From the NCBI GenBank assembly GCA_010909165.1, contig VJWM01000432.1:1-7993 (forward strand): a stretch of 7,993 bases of DNA, written 5' to 3'. Position 1 is the first letter of the stretch. Each line of letters starts with the position of its first letter. The stretch comes from Anthoceros angustus. Its lineage: Eukaryota; Plantae; Anthocerotophyta. Below, in pieces: positions 7,500 to 7,993 of this stretch. The notes beneath the pieces are model-generated. The model saw only the letters and a program-made list of their open reading frames with translations. It searched no databases and was not told the DNA's origin. The position numbers and the translations under genes were made by a program.

Positions 7500-7993
7500 C
7501 GTTTGATTTGACACATTTTGATCTTGGCCAGATTCAATAAATTTTATATTTCTCCCGATCTTGGCATTTTGGTGTGGCCGGACTTGATGGTGGATCGCGA
7601 GGATCGGTAGCGGTGGAAATTTTTGATGGGATGGATTTGGGCGGAGATCGGTAGCGCGAGATCGAGATGATGCACCGAGGTGCGGAGCCTGATGCGGGGA
7701 GAAGGCGGTTTTGTCTCCCGTTTCGTACCGGAAGGCGGCCGCTAGCGCAACCGCCTACCGCGTTCACAAGGCGCGAGAGGGGGCGATTTATAGGCCCGAA
7801 ATGGGCCTATCCTGTTTTGGCTTTTATTTATAGGCCATTTTGTGGCCCCGTCTATTTTATTTTCCATTTTCTTTATGCCTATATTAAGTCCTTATTTATG
7901 ACTTGATTATATGTTAGATGCTTAAGTTTTTAAGACCTTTTCTTAAGCGATAACTTTAGGTTTAGTGGGAGCCTATTTAACATTTAGGCCTCA
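7500..7993. mobile_element. Possible transposon terminal or LTR-like fragment (unclassified), running off the window end
   Basis: Abrupt AT-rich / GC-rich / AT-rich block structure, short direct repeats (GATCTTGGC at 7520-7528 and 7557-7565; GATCGGTAGCG at 7602-7612 and 7646-7656) and an internal TATA module. No transposase, TIR pair or TSD is visible, so support is weak. Confidence 0.25.
7786..7836 (-). promoter_or_regulatory. Candidate minus-strand core promoter: two copies of GGCCTATAAAT (TATA box) flanking a site II-type inverted repeat
   Basis: ATTTATAGGCC occurs at 7786-7796 and 7826-7836 (reverse complement GGCCTATAAAT). ATAGGCCC-gaaat-GGGCCTAT at 7790-7810 is a perfect 8-bp inverted repeat containing TGGGCC. 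A C/T-rich tract follows downstream on the minus strand. Function is inferred only. Confidence 0.4.

Noticed and set aside
7534-7906. ORFs 7534-7767 (-) and 7667-7906 (+)
   Set aside because: They have low-complexity or biased composition, overlap the promoter/repeat-like module, and show no transposase or other domain.
1-7993. Prokaryotic systems (operon, CRISPR array, defence island), tRNA or rRNA genes
   Set aside because: The sequence is spliceosomal-intron-containing plant DNA. I saw no repeat-spacer array, cloverleaf or rRNA-like segment on either strand.

Overview
Gene-dense eukaryotic window with short GT-AG introns, from a seed-free land plant with a compact genome. A hornwort or Selaginella-like lycophyte is the best inference; the species cannot be fixed from sequence alone. 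Four tightly packed genes are visible once frames are stitched by hand. (1) The 3' part of an NPH3/RPT2-like (NRL) gene on + (<1-1184). (2) A multi-exon gene on - (~1500-3163) whose product I cannot assign. (3) An apparently intronless coiled-coil gene on + (3192-~4540) resembling the CCDC151/ODAD3 (ODA10/DC1) outer-dynein-arm docking family. (4) An 8-coding-exon beta-carbonic anhydrase on - (4918-6450), with an upstream exon that could add an in-frame N-terminal extension. All four genes carry many 1-2 nt deletions while splice sites and most conserved motifs remain intact. This points to unpolished long-read consensus errors rather than four pseudogenes, so the supplied ORF track is mostly fragments and antisense shadows. 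The right end (~7500-7993) has a duplicated minus-strand TATA box, a site II-type palindrome and short direct repeats, and may be a distal promoter or a TE fragment.
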